Position numbers and translations under genes: made by a program | DNA from: Octopus bimaculoides | Taxonomy: Eukaryota | Direction: 5' to 3' | Assembly: GCF_001194135.2 (NCBI RefSeq) | Contig: NC_068989.1 | Location: forward strand, 4,648,985 to 4,694,928 | Length of the DNA stretch: 45,944 nt | Shown here: piece after piece, positions 1 to 11,094 of the stretch | How the letters are laid out: each line of letters begins with the position of its first letter | Position numbering within the stretch: the first letter of the stretch is position 1 | The notes under the pieces: model-generated | Database searches by the model: none | What the model was told of the DNA's origin: nothing | What the model saw: only the letters and a program-made list of their open reading frames with translations

Positions 1-40
<40 letters not shown>

Positions 41-81
41 ATACATATATATATACATACATATATATACATACGTATGTG

Positions 82-152
<71 letters not shown>

Positions 153-164
153 GTAATAATAATG
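1..164. repeat. Compound microsatellite (AT)n/(ATAC)n then (AAT)n
   Basis: Directly visible. Confidence 0.95.
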
Positions 165-225
165 GGTAAAATCATTGATGATTTTTACCAGGTGGTGTGC
201 ACGGAAATAAATATATCATTATAAA

Positions 226-226
<1 letters not shown>

Positions 227-308
<82 letters not shown>
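227..308. repeat. (TG)n microsatellite
   Basis: Directly visible. Confidence 0.97.
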
Positions 309-309
<1 letters not shown>

Positions 310-697
310 TATAGAATGCATGTGTATGTAGTATAAACATATACATTTTAATACACACAACACACACACACAGCGCGCACACCCACATATACGTAATATA
401 GATAATACATATGTATATATCATGCATGTTGACGTAAAGCAATCACAGTTATTTCCCTTACATTCGCTTTCTTCTTTGCTTTTTAATTATGACACGTTTC
501 CATAGAAATCGGTTTTCACCAGAACGTCTGATTTACTCTAAATAAACATACGTTCGCAACATTGAAAAATTAGAAATGAATTTATCAAAGAGAGATCATC
601 AGTTTGCAAACCATTTAATTGCTTTGAAAAATAATATACTGATAATCAAATGTCCTCAAATACCTCTCGCACCTTGTATAATGTATAGTATAGTATA

Positions 698-732
<35 letters not shown>

Positions 733-1021
733 NNNNNNNNNNNNNNNNNNNNNNNNNNNNNNNNNNNNNNNNNNNNNNNNNNNNNNNNNNNNNNNNNNNN
801 NNNNNNNNNNNNNNNNNNNNNNNNNNNNNNNNNNNNNNNNNNNNNNNNNNNNNNNNNNNNNNNNNNNNNNNNNNNNNNNNNNNNNNNNNNNNNNNNNNNN
901 NNNNNNNNNNNNNNNNNNNNNNNNNNNNNNNNNNNNNNNNNNNNNNNNNNNNNNNNNNNNNNNNNNNNNNNNNNNNNNNNNNNNNNNNNNNNNNNNNNNN
1001 NNNNNNNNNNNNNNNNNNNNN
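733..1021. other. Assembly gap (N run), first of 12
   Basis: Other gaps: 11662-11882, 14472-15004, 15592-16073, 17042-17954, 18494-18503, 23001-23478, 31100-31392, 33436-33981, 36657-36666, 36931-37045, 41856-41865. Nearly all abut simple repeats. Confidence 0.98.
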
Positions 1022-1042
1022 ATGGAAACTGAAAGAAGCTCT

Positions 1043-1089
<47 letters not shown>

Positions 1090-1257
1090 GTGTTTGTATG
1101 TCTGTGTTTGTCCCCCCACCAGCGCTTGACAACGGATGTTGGTTTGTCTACATCGCCGTGACTTAGTAGTTCTGCAAAACGGACCGACAGAATAAGTAGT
1201 AGGCTTACAAAGAGTAAGTCCTGGGGCCGATTTCTTCGATTAAAGGCAGTGTTCCAA
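1022..1257 (+). mobile_element. SINE family B, 5' part lost in gap, with internal (AT)n
   Basis: Aligns to the full copy at 44167-44550 (ggaaactgaaagaagc...(AT)n...cttgacaac...gaataagta.taggcttacaaag...ggggccgattt). Confidence 0.85.
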
Positions 1258-1374
1258 CTCTTTGTAAGCCTAGTACTTATTCTGTCGGCCTGTTTTGCCG
1301 AACCACTAAGTCACAGGGATGTAAACACACCAACATCGGTTGTCAAGCGTTTGTAGGGTGACAAACACAGAGAG

Positions 1375-1408
<34 letters not shown>
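1257..1408 (-). mobile_element. SINE family B partial copy, inverted relative to neighbour
   Basis: 1257-1370 is the reverse complement of 1102-1215 with some mismatches; followed by the internal AT array. Confidence 0.85.
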
Positions 1409-1409
<1 letters not shown>

Positions 1410-2071
1410 TCTCTCTCCTTCTTACCACTTAGTTACGTCTGCACCACAAACATCTTGATAGAATATGTATGGATTGTATCGATCTTAGCATATGACCATT
1501 ACTCACTTATTGTTGGCTCTGAATCATTAAGATTCGATTAGACTGGTAGTAAGTGTTGCTGCTACAGCAAAAATTATAGTGTTGAAGTAGACACTACTTG
1601 GCCCGCGAAAGCGCTCCCGGGCGACCATCTAAAATGCACAGCTACCCAAAATGCATTGACTATCGCTTGTATTTACATGACTGTGCCGCGTGGCTGAGTA
1701 TTTCTTATACGGATTTACGCGGTCTTACCTATTAATATAGGACCAGTGAGCAGAAAAAGTTCGAAGACGCCTGATTCTAACAAACGACACACAAGTGTAT
1801 ATTCGCTATGGGAAACGGGAGAGATGCTTAATAGGCTGCGAGTTCCTGTCAGTGAATTTACCATTTCTTCCATTTATAAAGTGCATATAGATGATTCATC
1901 TATCACTTTTGGGGGTATTTTAAAGCCCCGTGATAAATGAGTTAATGTACTTACTATGTCGAAAACGCCTCTTTAACGAGGGAGTTATGGTGCAAGGGAG
2001 ACAACTTCAGCTGACGAACCGAAAACATCGGTTATGAAATTCTTAAAATTAAAAGATGATGTTAACAGCTG

Positions 2072-2131
2072 TTCTTTTATTCCTTTACGTGTTTCAGTCA
2101 CAGGACTGCGGCCATGCTGGGGCACCGCCTT
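2072..2131 (-). mobile_element. SINE family B 3' end fragment
   Basis: Reverse complement of ggcggtgctccagcatggccgcagtc...tgactgaaac seen at 38309-38350. Confidence 0.7.
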
Positions 2132-2277
2132 GGAGGATTTGTCAATAGAGCGGAGAGGATCTGTGATGTGTTGTGCAAGTCTTGTTAGAAATAAAATTTT
2201 GTACAGGCATTGCTTTGTCAGCTAGACTTACTCGCCTACGTGTTGACAGCTATTATGTGTGTATATATGTGTATAGA

Positions 2278-2340
2278 TGTGGCATAGTGCTTAGGGAGTC
2301 ACACTCACAATCGCTAGATCGTGGGTTCGATTCTCAGATG
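2278..2340 (+). mobile_element. tRNA-derived SINE head fragment (C2-like)
   Basis: A-box-like tggcatagtgc, B-box gggttcgattct, and cactcacaatcg..agatcgtgg as in the heads at 21631 and 22876; no acceptor stem. Confidence 0.55.
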
Positions 2341-2416
2341 TAAACACGAGTTGATGCAGATTCCTTTTATATACGCCTACTCTTGACTCAGCAGAGCATT
2401 GAAGATATGAAAAGTG

Positions 2417-2418
<2 letters not shown>

Positions 2419-2508
<90 letters not shown>
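2419..2508. repeat. (GA)n microsatellite
   Basis: Directly visible. Confidence 0.97.
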
Positions 2509-2513
<5 letters not shown>

Positions 2514-2519
2514 TTACGC

Positions 2520-2625
2520 TAGAAATGGATTGGTACTTAATTTATCGACCTCGAAAGGACGAAAGGTAAAGAAGAGCTCGCCCGGATTTGAAATCAGAAT
2601 GCCGAGAGCCGAAACGTGTGGATGC
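2520..2625 (-). mobile_element. SINE family A, degenerate
   Basis: tggtacttaatttatcgacctcgaaaggacgaaaggtaaag...gatttgaaatcagaat matches the minus-strand copy at 23957-24172. Confidence 0.7.
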
Positions 2626-2676
2626 GCGTGCTATCGGACGTTTTAATGACACCATCAACCGATTGTAAGAGGCATG

Positions 2677-2742
2677 CACACACATACACACACACACACA
2701 CATACATACATACATACATACATACATACATACATACATACA

Positions 2743-2773
<31 letters not shown>
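2677..2773. repeat. (CA)n(CATA)n microsatellite
   Basis: Directly visible. Confidence 0.95.
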
Positions 2774-3231
2774 GGATATATATGTCCATATACCCATACA
2801 TTTACACGACCACACACGCCCATCCCTACCAGTTTCTTGTCTCTCTCCATCTCTGCTATCTTCCTCTTTCTTCTTTCCTCACTCTTCGTCTCACCCTCAC
2901 CTTCACCCTCCGTCTCACCTTCACCCTCTCTTCACACCCATATACTCCTCGAATACTGAGCTGCAGGACAATGGCTAAGCGACCAATCTAAGGGACGTAA
3001 CTCTGATGGGCTTAAGGGCGAGCTTGGATTTGTTTTATTTTGGCCGAGTCTCGTTCAGTTTTTTTGTTTTTTTTCCTTTTCCTTTTTCTTTTTTTTTTAT
3101 ACAATCTTTACGAGATTCATACACCGGATGTAATAGTTTCAGCAGGCCTTCAGAGATAAAGAGCCCAAGATATACACTTTCATTCAGCCATTGCTGATGG
3201 TTATTAACAAACGTTCGATAACATTTACTGG

Positions 3232-3345
3232 CAGTGGTGGTGGTGCTCGTAGCGAAATTAGTAATGGTGGTGGCGGCGGCGGCGCTGTTGGTGGTAGTGG
3301 TGGTGGTCGTCGTCGTCGTCATGATGGTGATGCTGGTGGCGTTTA
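3232..3345. repeat. Degenerate GGT/GGC/GTC trinucleotide tract
   Basis: Directly visible. Confidence 0.85.
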
Positions 3346-3379
3346 GCACCTCCCCCCCACCACCCAGCATGTTGGCATC

Positions 3380-4065
3380 TGTTCAATGAAGTCATCAGTT
3401 GTTCTGCATCCACATAGGTCGTGGTTGTCACTGTAAGACCATCCTTGAACTCCCGTGTTGAATATTGTTGACTGCTCGACTTCATTCTTGGTCCTTACAC
3501 CTCTAAATATTAAGGTACGAATTTCTTCTAAATCGGTGACAATCGAGAGTACAACATTGACAAACTTCAACAAAGGCAGAGTGTTTGTTATTCTCGCGAG
3601 TCTATGAATGAATTTAAAATCTCAGACTATTCCTCAGCATCATGCCTTCTAATAGTTCGAAGACATATAGGACGATACACGAATGGCGTTCCAATGGCCC
3701 ATTAACATTAAAGAGCAGTATGTTTCGAAGAAAACCTCCAGACACCTGAAGAAACCTGGTTGCTCCGTACCTGTCGTGGTGTAGACAGCAACTAGTCTGA
3801 CGGTAACCCTTTGCTGCTGCTTATATCTAGGACTGCCAACTTCGGTGTCCATGAAGATAAATAGCATCGTGAGATCAAACAACACAACTACTAGACCTCC
3901 CAATCCCATTCAATTTCAAGATATTTATACCTTGTATCCATCGAAAATGGGCGTGAAAGCTTGTGGCTCGGAGATTCTGGTGACCTGCGCTCGTTAAGCA
4001 GATGGCCTTGCTTTCATGTTGACCCCAGCCACGTGCGTTATATTACCTAAGTAAGGGAATTAAGG
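3380..4065 (-). mobile_element. Decayed LINE ORF2 N-terminus: APE-type endonuclease, Tx1/L1-like clade
   Basis: Minus-strand translation across frameshifts gives NARG (4039-4029; NVRGL-like), KQGHLLN (4013-3993), RLVAVYTTTGTEQPGFFRCLEVF..LMLMGHWNAI (VYAP and GDWN motifs, ORF 3649-3909) and YSDNH (SDH motif, about 3420-3435). Stops and frameshifts present. Confidence 0.8.
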
Positions 4066-4914
4066 TATTAGTCGGAAAGGTGAAGGTGAAAATGGACCAC
4101 TTGTTCTAATTCCGTGGAAAAAAGGTTGGTTGCGGATGTTTCCACAAATGGCTCTTTCGTTTATATTTCCCCTGATGTCAACTATTCCTTCGCGTATTTT
4201 TCAAGATGCTATACCTGAGTTGTTAATTAACATGATATTTATGTGTGCTAGAATGCTATCAGTTAAAGTGATGCAGTTAAACATGCGTGATGCTGGCACG
4301 TTCATGTATGTTCTTCATTAGTTCTTTATTGCTTGTGTTTATGACTGTAATGATTTCTTTAATTGTTCACGCTGCAAAGTGATCTGACTCTTGTGTATGC
4401 GAATTAAGTCACGCTTGTACTTATCATTATGGTGACTGTAATAGTGGTGGTGGTAGTGATATGAAGACATTGATAGTACTGGTGTAGCCACTGTTAGGGA
4501 TTCATGTTGATGCATTAGTGCTCAAAAGCATTTTACCCATTTGTTCAGATCTGCCAGTTTTTTTTTTTTTTGTGTGTGTTTTGTTTCTTTTCTCTTTGTA
4601 TTAGTGACTTTTTTTGTCATTTAGCTTCACCGTCCCATTCACACGACATGTCTAATCCCAAGCGAGGGGAGCATATTTGGGAGATCATTTTCTATTTGTT
4701 TCACTGTTGTTGATTAGGGGCTTTCAGTTGCTGTTCTTGGTAGTGTTGTGGTGGTGGTGGTTCTAGAGGGAAGTGTTTCTTTTGTTGTTTTTGTGTCCAG
4801 TCTTGATGATGCTGTTACTGTAGATGCTGTTTCCAGTCTTGTACTTTCCACTGTTGTTGTAGCTGCATGCTGTTGTGATTATTCGGTTGTGCTGTGGCTG
4901 CTGTTGTTGTTGTA

Positions 4915-5308
4915 GAGGCGCAATGGCCCAGTGGTTAGGGCAGCGGACTCTCGGTCATAGGATAGCGGTTTCGATTCCCAGACCGAGTGTTGTGAGTGTT
5001 TATTGAGCGAAAACACCTAAAGCTCCACGAGGCTCTGGCAGGGGATGGTGGCGAACCCTGCTGTACTCTTTCACCACAACTTTCTCTCACTCTTACTTCC
5101 TGTTTCTGTTGTGCCTGTAATTCAAAGGGCCAGCCTTGTTACACTGTGTCACACTGTGTCACGCTGAATATCCCCGAGAACTACGTTAAGGGCATAAGTG
5201 TCTGTGGAGTACTCAGCCACTTGCACGTTAATTTCACGAGCAGGCCGTTCCGTTGATCGGATCAACTGGAACCCTCGACGTCGTAAGCGACGGAGTGCCA
5301 ACAACAAC
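4915..5308 (+). mobile_element. Full-length tRNA-derived SINE family C with (CAA)n tail
   Basis: A box tggcccagtgg 4924-4934; B box ggtttcgattcc 4967-4978; near-identical to 45629-45944 (minus); possible TSD gctgttgttgtt 4900-4911/5310-5321 in low-complexity DNA; internal 10-bp duplication acactgtgtc at 5141-5160. Confidence 0.9.
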
Positions 5309-5920
5309 GGCTGTTGTTGTTACTGATGTTGAAGATGAGGCCTTTATTCATGTTATTTTCTATTGTTGTTGGAAGCAGAAATGTTTGAGGTAATTAGTAT
5401 TTACACAGTTGTTACACCGAGGCCTTCTCTACACCACTACCATCTGAAGTTTGCCTCTATTAAAATCTCCATCCCCGTCCTTACCCGATTTTCTTTTCGG
5501 AATCATTTATCTTCCAGTGACGGCTCTGCCAATTCGTATCAGACAGAAATTTTCAGTCTTCCGTAGGACTGGAATGCTTCTTGGCAAGGGTTTCCAAATG
5601 GAAAATGACTCGGATGTATCCGAATTTATGAGCATGACCCACAAAATTGATACCTTGCCACATGTTCCTTAAACATAGTTAAGCTTGGCCTGAAGATATA
5701 CACTCTAATTTGTGTCAATAGGAATCTATACAGAATTCTTTTCCTTTCTGTTCGGTCTAAAAGGTGTTGAGGTATATTGAGCGTAACTTTTGACTGTTCT
5801 CGTCTGTTGATGTGTTTCTTCAGCTCTTTTAAGAGTTCGTGCTTATTCTCTTGGAAGATGAAATCGAAAACGTTTGTGATCTTGGCAAAAAGAAATCACT
5901 CTAGCTGTATTTTCACTGCC

Positions 5921-6080
5921 GCTGCTGCTGCTGTCGTTAGTACAATTGTTGTTGTTGCTGTTATCTTACAAGGGGAGCGAGGATGGTTTAGTTTGTCCTG
6001 CTATAGTTGGCTTTGCACGACCTTTCGCTGCTGCTGCTGCTGCTTTTGCGACTGTTTTTGTATTATTATTATTATTAGTT

Positions 6081-6144
<64 letters not shown>

Positions 6145-6175
6145 TAGTTGCTGCTATTGTTGTTACCGTTGTTGT
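5921..6175. repeat. Compound trinucleotide tract (GCT/GTT/ATT/AGT)n
   Basis: Directly visible. Confidence 0.9.
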
Positions 6176-6332
6176 TTCCACTGACACTTCAGCTACTATC
6201 TTTAAATACAACTACGTCTGCAGTATCGTGTAGCAGGAGATGAGTGTAAGAGACAATTTGAACTTCAAAATCCATCACTTTCTTCTCCAGCAGGCAGATC
6301 GATAAAGACACTGACGAACAGGGTGGAGAACC

Positions 6333-7455
6333 TCAAAACTGGGCCGAGAGATAGCTAGCCGTTGGAAGGCCGGGTAGGTAGTGAACTCTTGCATCGCCTA
6401 CATCATATATTACCACCTGACTATCGTGCCTTGTCTCAGTTCACGTCTAACAAAATTGGAGCGTCTCTCTTCCGCTTTCTGTGGAACGGACGAGTTCCAC
6501 CGGTCAGGCGCTGAGTGGAAGACTGGATATGCTGTGGCTGTAGGAGGTTGCGATATCTCTAGCAATTCCTGCATTGAACTGGTGTGACCGCCATTTGTCA
6601 GATTGGTGCTTCCATAGAGCGTCCTTTTGACAGAACTACAGTCCTAGGCCAAGACAGCGCATTTGGCATCTGAAATGTTGCCAAGTGCTCACTGCTTTCT
6701 ACCATCTGGACAATGCTGCCGGTTGAAGTTTCACGTCGGCGTTCAGTTGAAGTCTTGTAGCAGGCAAGAGCGACAACACCTCGGAGAAACTCTAGACACC
6801 GATGAAAAATCAATTGGATGATCCGAAGAACTTTCGGACCGAAGCACATGGATAGTTTTCAGTTATCCCTGGCCTGGTAGTGCTACCGGTTGCATTGCCG
6901 GTCCGAAATAAACTCTACAGGAACGGGAAATGTCGTCAGTTTTGCTTTTCCAAAAAGCGAGCAGAGCAATGAAACTGTTCTGCATGCACTCATCGAGTGC
7001 CCAAGCACTGTTAACTTGTGGATTTATGTGGGGCCTCTGTTGTTACGTATAAGACAGATCCAGCTACGGGTGTGTCCATTGTGAAAGTCGGCCTACTGCC
7101 TCTTTGTCCGAGAAATATTGTCTTTATCGGTCTGGTGGCCTTAGCGAAAGAGGTTGTGTGCTGGACCTGATGGAAATGGCTGAAGACAGACATCTTTTTC
7201 GTTGGTCAAAACTCTCAGCTTTTTCAAGTTTTACTTGGAAAAGAAAGCTAAGATAGAGAAGGAAATACTGCCTTCATGCAAATTCGCTTTAATGATTGGA
7301 ATGATTGTGGGGTTTTTTTATGGCGTTTCCATGTGTGACCCTCGGAGATTTCTCCCTTTGGGGCAAATATTCCTTATTTAGAAATTATTGTTTCTTTGTT
7401 ACTTTTGTTCTCATTTTTACATACTCTTTCATGTAATACCACATTGTATCATCAC
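6333..7455 (+). mobile_element. Decayed LINE ORF2 C-terminus and 3' UTR, Tx1/L1-like clade
   Basis: IIYYHLTIVPC..RLTKLER; RFLWNGRVPPVRR (6473-6511); ETVLHALIECP (from 6971; zf-RVT-type C-terminal Cys/His motif); many frameshifts. Confidence 0.8.
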
Positions 7456-7469
7456 CATTTAGTATCCCC

Positions 7470-7613
7470 TAGCACGCCGGACGAAATGCTCCGCGGCATT
7501 TTGTTCGTCCATTTTGTTCGTCGATAAAATAAGTACCAGTTGAGTACTGGGGTCGAAGTAATCGACTAGTCCCCTCCCACAAAATTTCAGGCCTTGTGCC
7601 TATAGTAGAAAGG

Positions 7614-7655
<42 letters not shown>
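7470..7655 (+). mobile_element. SINE family A with internal deletion and (ATT)n tail
   Basis: tagcacgccggacgaaatgc...gataaaataagtaccagttg...ggccttgtgcctatagtagaaagg(att)n; B-box segment replaced by a 13-bp duplication (7498-7522). Confidence 0.85.
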
Positions 7656-7656
<1 letters not shown>

Positions 7657-7847
7657 GCTGCTCATTAGATTTTGAGTTCAAGCACCGTTAACACCAGCTT
7701 TGCTTTTCATCTTTCTGAGCTTAATCGAATCAAATACCAGTCATCTACTGAGATCGATATAATTCAGTTTCCTCTCAGCAACTTTCTATATACGCAAACA
7801 GTTTACTAAAAATCTATAGCTATTTTTATTCTGTAGCTCAATGTACC

Positions 7848-7951
7848 ATGCGTGTGTGTGTGTGTGTGTGTGTGTTTGTGTGTGTGCGTGTGCACGTATG
7901 TAGGTACATACATACATGCAGACAGAAAGACACTCAGACACATAGATACAG

Positions 7952-7991
<40 letters not shown>

Positions 7992-8072
7992 ACATATATA
8001 GATATATGTGTGTATATAGATATGCATATATATATGTATACATGTGTGTGTCTGTGGCGTACCTGTATATAC

Positions 8073-8157
<85 letters not shown>
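7848..8157. repeat. Compound (GT)n/(AT)n/(AGAT)n microsatellite
   Basis: Directly visible. Confidence 0.9.
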
Positions 8158-8444
8158 TGCCTATATATAAATAGATTATTCATGCACATGAATGTATACA
8201 TGTATGTATATGCGTGCACATGTGTGTGTAAGTGTTAGTGCACGTGTTTGTGTGTGCGCGCGCGTTTATGTGTCTGAGTATGTATGTGTGTGCGTACGTA
8301 TGTGTGTGTGTACGAGTGTTCATACGTTTGCATGTGTGTGTGCGTGTGTGTGTGTTTATCAGGCTAACTGTAAAACAGAAACACTCGCAAAAAGTGAAAT
8401 TTATTATTAGCATCCGATATCGCGAAGGACAGACTGCCCCCGCC

Positions 8445-8479
<35 letters not shown>

Positions 8480-8773
8480 GAAGGAGGGAGGAAAATCAAT
8501 AACAATCATGTGATACATAGCTGATGATGTAAGTTGTTATAAGTATTGATCTGTTTGGTAATGTGATTGATTCGACAGTGAATGTAGCCAATGTACGCTT
8601 TGATACGGCTGAAGGTGATTGGGAACTGTAAGAAAGAGAGAAAGGCGTCGGCATAAAAGAGCTTCCGGCTTCTTGCTCACTGGTTCTGCAGAGAGTTCTG
8701 AATGAGCAGACGAGCTTACAAAGAGAAGAGAATATTACATATGCGTTCAGCTTTATATGAAATCAGTATATTA

Positions 8774-9062
8774 GGCGCAGGAGTGGATGTGTGGTAAGTA
8801 GCTTATTTACCAACCACATTGTTCCGGGTTCAGTCCCACTGCGTGGTACCTTGGGAAAGTGTCTTCTACTATAGCCTCGGGCCGACCAAATCCTTGTCAG
8901 TGGATTTGGTATACAGAAAGTGAAAGAAGCCCGTCGTGTATATATATATATATATAATGTGTGTGTTTGTCCCCAACATCGCTTGACAACCGATGGTGGT
9001 GTGTTTACGTCCCCGTAACTTACCGGTTCGGCAAAAGAGGCCGATAGAATAAGTATTAGGCT
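8774..9062 (+). mobile_element. SINE family B, 3'-truncated, with internal (AT)n(GT)n
   Basis: Head ggcgcaggagtggatgtgtggtaag...gggttcagtccc; colinear with 44167-44550. Confidence 0.9.
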
Positions 9063-9078
9063 TTATTTTCTCCTATTC

Positions 9079-9114
9079 CTTTCTGATGAAGAGCGTAGGC
9101 TCGAAACGTAAAAG
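9079..9114 (+). ncRNA. Minimal type-I hammerhead ribozyme-like motif (Penelope-type) with 1-nt insertion after A9
   Basis: cttt-CTGATGA-a-GAGC-gtag-GCTC-GAA-ACGT-A-aaag: stem I cttt/aaag, stem II GAGC/GCTC, palindromic stem III ACGT, cleavage triplet GUA. Confidence 0.6.
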
Positions 9115-9153
9115 ACTTATTCTTTTTCCAGAGCGTCAAACTAATGCAGTTAC

Positions 9154-9428
9154 TGGATCTTTCTGATTTGGCGGGCGCCACTTTATATTTATGTTATATT
9201 TAGTGTGTTTTCTACCGAAACACTTTAAAACTTCGTATACTTGTATATTTTGTCTTATAGAACAGAGAAAAAAATTTATATTCGAAGTTATTTCATGTTA
9301 AAAAGATAAAATTTTCTCAATAACACTAAGAGTAAAAGATGTTTTATATGACACATTCTATCAGTGTCCCAAGTTTGAATGTGTTTCGTTAAGAAAACAA
9401 GTGGCGCCCACCAAATCAGAAAGATCCA
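9154..9428. mobile_element. MITE with 30-bp terminal inverted repeats and AT-rich interior
   Basis: 9154-9183 tggatctttctgatttggcgggcgccactt vs reverse complement of 9399-9428: 29/30 identical; TSD unresolved. Confidence 0.75.
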
Positions 9429-9604
9429 ATCTTATGGAATAATGATGTCAAAGTAACTCACGTGCAGTCCTAACCGAGCGAGGCTGTGTTATGTGTGTGT
9501 AAGAAAATAAAGCCTATGCATAAATACACACATACATACATACATACATACATACATACATACATACATACATACATACATGCATTCAAATGGTTTGAGT
9601 CAGT

Positions 9605-9690
9605 CTGGGACTATAGCTGAAGATACTTGCCCAAGGTACAGCGCAGTGGAACTGCGCTGGTTGGGAAGCAAATTTCTCAATGACAGAGCT
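9605..9690 (-). mobile_element. SINE family B head, degenerate
   Basis: ctatagctgaagatacttgcccaaggtacagcgcagtgg is the reverse complement of the family B head region. Confidence 0.6.
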
Positions 9691-9744
9691 AGTCTGCACT
9701 TATTATCCACGCCTGTGCCTAACCCTAACCCAAATCTATTTAAC

Positions 9745-10038
9745 TGACACTCCGTCGGTTACGACGACGAGGTTTGCAGTTGATCCAAGCAACAGAACGG
9801 CCTGCTCACGAAATTAACGGGCATGTGGCTGAGCACTCCACGAACAGATGTACCCTTAACGTAGTTCTCAAGGAGATTCAGCATGAGATAGAATGTGACA
9901 AGGCCAGCTCTTTGCAAGCTGAGTGGACTGGAGCAAAATGAAATAAAATGCTTGTTCAAGAACACAATGCGCCGCCGGAAATCGAACCCACGACATTACG
10001 ATCGTAAGCCGAATGCCCTAACCACTAAGTCACGCGCC

Positions 10039-10041
<3 letters not shown>
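9745..10041 (-). mobile_element. tRNA-derived SINE family C2 (different head and body, same 3' tail as family C)
   Basis: Minus strand: gaaggcgcgtgacttagtggttaggg...gggttcgatttcc head; tail gagaactacgttaagggtac...cgtcgtaaccgacggagtg shared with 4915-5308. Confidence 0.85.

Positions 10042-10113
<72 letters not shown>
10041..10113. repeat. (CA)n microsatellite
   Basis: Directly visible. Confidence 0.97.
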
Positions 10114-10116
<3 letters not shown>

Positions 10117-10494
10117 TGGACGCAGGAACAAACGCAGAAAGAGACAAACCTTTCGCTCTCCTGCTTGCACATGTATGCAGAATACAGAAAAGTCAAGTAG
10201 TCAAGTAGACAGTGTTTCGTTACTACAGATCCTGTCTAATTAAGCACGCAATGCTACCATATTAATTATCTAATCATCATATTGAGTCCAAATGGCACCG
10301 CATCTTAATAAGATAAAAACCAACGACACAAGGGCTGTTGAAAGACTTGTCTCAGTTAATGAGATAATTTTTAACGTATTTGTTCGTCTAGCATTGATCA
10401 CAGCTATTTATATTGATGTGTTGCATGACCAGCAATCACTAAACTGATACTATCTATTAATGTGTGTGCACGCACGCTTTTGTATTTGTGAGTT

Positions 10495-10551
<57 letters not shown>

Positions 10552-10627
10552 AGTGTGTATGGTGTGTGGATACGCACAGCCATGCATATATATATATATA
10601 TATATCACATATATAAAATATTTACAA

Positions 10628-10936
10628 ATAGGCGCGGTCGTGGCTGTATGTAATAGGCGCAGACGTGGTTGAGTGAGAAGAAGTATGCTTCCAATCACAT
10701 GGTTCTGGGTTCAGTCTCACTGAGTGGCACCTTGGGCAAGTTTCTTCTGCTACAACCCCGACCAAAGGCTTGTAAGTGGATTTGGCAAACGGAAATTGAA
10801 CGAAGCCTGTAGTGTGCATACATGTGTGCGTGCGTGTGTGTATCTTTGAGCTTATCCTTCACCATAGCTTGACACAAGGTGTTGGGTTGTTTACGTCCCT
10901 GTAACAGTCCGGCAAAACGAAACCGATCGAATAAGT
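10628..10936 (+). mobile_element. SINE family B, degenerate, first ~25 bp of head duplicated
   Basis: ataggcgc..cgtgg.tg at 10628 and 10653; body colinear with 8774-9062. Confidence 0.75.
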
Positions 10937-11094
10937 CGTCGTTATGTATCGTACGCTTGCAGCGCATCGATGACACAACCACGAAAGTTTTCACTGATTC
11001 AGTTCTCCAGCTGCCTTGGAACTCTCGTTCAACCAGCTCAGGATATTGTCCAGCCATTGCGTTCTTTGCTTGCCTCTTTGGAAAAGTAATGCAA

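Noticed and set aside
2011-2045. Hammerhead-like CTGACGA-ACCGA-aaaca-TCGGT-tat-GAAA
   Set aside because: A 3-nt insertion lies before GAAA and there is no stem I or III pairing; at best a dead relic.
2278-2340. tRNA genes (also heads at 4917, 10041, 21631, 22876)
   Set aside because: A and B boxes are present but there is no closed acceptor stem, and they continue into SINE bodies.
6311-6340. CTGACGA...CCTCAAAAC as a hammerhead
   Set aside because: No GAAA and no proper stem II; it lies at the edge of a LINE remnant.
9718-9731. Interstitial telomere repeat (CCCTAA)2
   Set aside because: Only two units; expected by chance.
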